A stretch of DNA of 64,000 nt from an uncultured Actinomycetes bacterium (GTDB lineage: Bacteria; Actinomycetota; Thermoleophilia; Gaiellales; JALYLC01): the NCBI GenBank assembly GCA_963743275.1, contig CAVUPB010000002.1, forward strand, positions 168,863-232,862, in the 5' to 3' direction. Below, piece after piece: positions 62,618 through 64,000 of this stretch. The position numbers were made by a program, and so were the translations under genes. Each line of letters opens with the position of its first letter. Position 1 is the stretch's first letter. The notes beneath the pieces are model-generated. The model was not told the DNA's origin. It ran no database searches and saw only the letters and a program-made list of their open reading frames with translations.

Positions 62618-64000
62618 TCAGCGCACGGCGACGTGCGCGTAGGCCGTCGTCGCACCGAACTGGTCGAAGCCCCACCGCGTCACGTTCTTGCTCGTGACGT
62701 TGTGCGTCGAGGCCCAGAGGTACGGCACCCACGGGACGATCTTCGTCGTGAGCTTGCGGTCGAGGGCCGCGTAGCAGCTCACGCGCTGCGGCCCGACGAG
62801 CGCGCTGCAGCGGTCGAGATCGGCGTCGACGCTCGGCACGCCTCGGACGCTGCCGGTTGCGCCGACCTTCTTGGCCGACGCGGGCGTGATGCCCACGAGC
62901 GAGTAGTTCGAGTTGCCCTGCGGGTAGATGGTGCGCCCGTCGAAGAGCGGGCTGAAGAACGTGAGCGCGTCGGCGTAGTCCTTGCCCCAGCCCGGATGCG
63001 TGGAGAAGGCGACGTTCAGGCGCGGGGTCGCGAGCGGGGTCGAGGCGTCCTTGAGCAAGCGATCCTGGAGCTTGATCCCGATCGCCGCGAGGTTCTGCTC
63101 GAGGCTCGGCACGAACGCCCTCTCGGCGCCGATCGCGCCGGTGACCGTGGTCACGCGCTCGCACGCCTTGGCGTCGCAGATGCCGTCGTGATTCGCGTCG
63201 TAGCGCGAGAGCTTCATCTCGGCCCGCGCGCGGGCGACGTCGCCCCGGCCGTTGGCGCCGTACGGCGCGTAGCCCTTGAGCTTGTCGAGCAGGATTCCGT
63301 TGGGCGCGATGTGCGTCGCGATGGCTCCCGCCGCTACCCCGCCGCGCGCCTTGCGCAGGGCGTCGCGGTCGACGACGAAGTTGACCGCGCGGCGCACGTG
63401 CACGTCGTCGAACGGCGGCTGCGTCAGGTTCATCGTGAGGTAGCCCGTGAAGTCGCTCGCGTTGGTGTGCAACTGCGGGGAGTGCCGGTACCGGCGCAGG
63501 ACGGTGGGCGGCTCCTGCGCGATCTCGTCGTCGGCGGCTCCGCGGGCGACGCGCGCGTAGATGTCGTCGGTGTTCGAGTTGACGGCGAACGTGAACTCGT
63601 CGGGCAGGTTCTCGCGTGCCTTGGGGCTGTCGCTGCGGGCGTCGTACGCCGGGTTGCGCACGAGATCGAGCGTGCGCTCGCCGTCGAACCCGGAGATCGG
63701 GCCGGAGGCCGTGAGCGCGGCGCAACCCGTCGCGTCGAGCTTGTCCGAGCCCGCGATCATGTACGGGCCCGACGAGATCAGGTAGCGCCCGTACGCGCCC
63801 GGCTTCGTGAAGCAGCCCGCGACCTCGCGCGGAATCGGCCCGGCCGCCGGCATCGCGAGGCGGTAGCGGAAGTCGCCGGTCGGCGCGGTGAGGTTGAAGA
63901 CGATCGTGCGCGCGTCCGGCGTCGCGATGCCCGAGATCGTCTTGGCCTCGCCGTCTGCGAACGCCGCCATGCCCTTGATCGCGTCGTAGTAGAAGCCGTA
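62618..64000 (-). CDS. ABC transporter substrate-binding protein, family 5 (peptide/nickel type), 5'-truncated by the window edge
   Basis: YLTMNLTQPPFDDVHVRRAVNFVVDRDAL is typical of SBP_bac_5. The reading frame stays open beyond the listed Met to position 64000. Confidence 0.85.
   Translation of the reverse strand, partial: YGFYYDAIKGMAAFADGEAKTISGIATPDARTIVFNLTAPTGDFRYRLAMPAAGPIPREVAGCFTKPGAYGRYLISSGPYMIAGSDKLDATGCAALTASGPISGFDGERTLDLVRNPAYDARSDSPKARENLPDEFTFAVNSNTDDIYARVARGAADDEIAQEPPTVLRRYRHSPQLHTNASDFTGYLTMNLTQPPFDDVHVRRAVNFVVDRDALRKARGGVAAGAIATHIAPNGILLDKLKGYAPYGANGRGDVARARAEMKLSRYDANHDGICDAKACERVTTVTGAIGAERAFVPSLEQNLAAIGIKLQDRLLKDASTPLATPRLNVAFSTHPGWGKDYADALTFFSPLFDGRTIYPQGNSNYSLVGITPASAKKVGATGSVRGVPSVDADLDRCSALVGPQRVSCYAALDRKLTTKIVPWVPYLWASTHNVTSKNVTRWGFDQFGATTAYAHVAVR

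Overview
Very GC-rich chromosomal segment; GC was judged by eye, not computed. Codon bias, GTG starts, many 4-nt start/stop overlaps and YQWxxC Ig-like modules suggest Actinomycetota, possibly Thermoleophilia/Solirubrobacterales (inference only). I support about 60 protein genes. I found no rRNA, tRNA, CRISPR array, transposase or integrase. Most very long ORFs in the track are Arg/Pro/Ala-rich antisense or off-frame artefacts of the high GC. Layout, left to right: (1) an edge-truncated multidomain protein with JAB-like and Cys-His-Asp modules, a DUF222-HNH gene and a small lower-GC patch. (2) A translationally coupled pair that looks like a self-contained lipid acylation module: a P-loop kinase/DAGK-like fusion plus an adenylation-ACP-PlsC acyltransferase gene. 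(3) A group rich in cyclic-nucleotide-binding domains: an MFS-cNMP fusion, a PLP enzyme, DUF1059, a class II amidotransferase and a dual-cNMP protein. (4) EamA, CorA and an M14 peptidase. (5) A minus-strand aromatic O-demethylation locus: Liv-type ABC transporter, MetE-like protein, embedded AraC, LigM-like demethylase and aldehyde dehydrogenase. (6) A heavily frameshifted BluB-CobT fusion. (7) A sugar/sugar-acid locus: ABC sugar transporter, M24-like protein, an unknown protein, IclR, Zn-ADH, IlvD/Edd dehydratase and a DapA-like enzyme. (8) Assorted enzymes and regulators, including a tetR preceded by an AT-rich rare-codon uORF. (9) A DUF218/GT4 pair and an orphan protein with an LQxxxGN leader motif. 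(10) A tightly coupled five-gene operon of membrane-anchored coiled-coil/Ig-like paralogs plus ApbE and a ferric-reductase-like membrane protein. (11) An edge-truncated family-5 substrate-binding protein. Six otherwise intact genes carry single apparent 1-nt frameshifts, so sequence quality must be checked before calling them pseudogenes. All domain calls come from motif recognition by eye; no searches were run.
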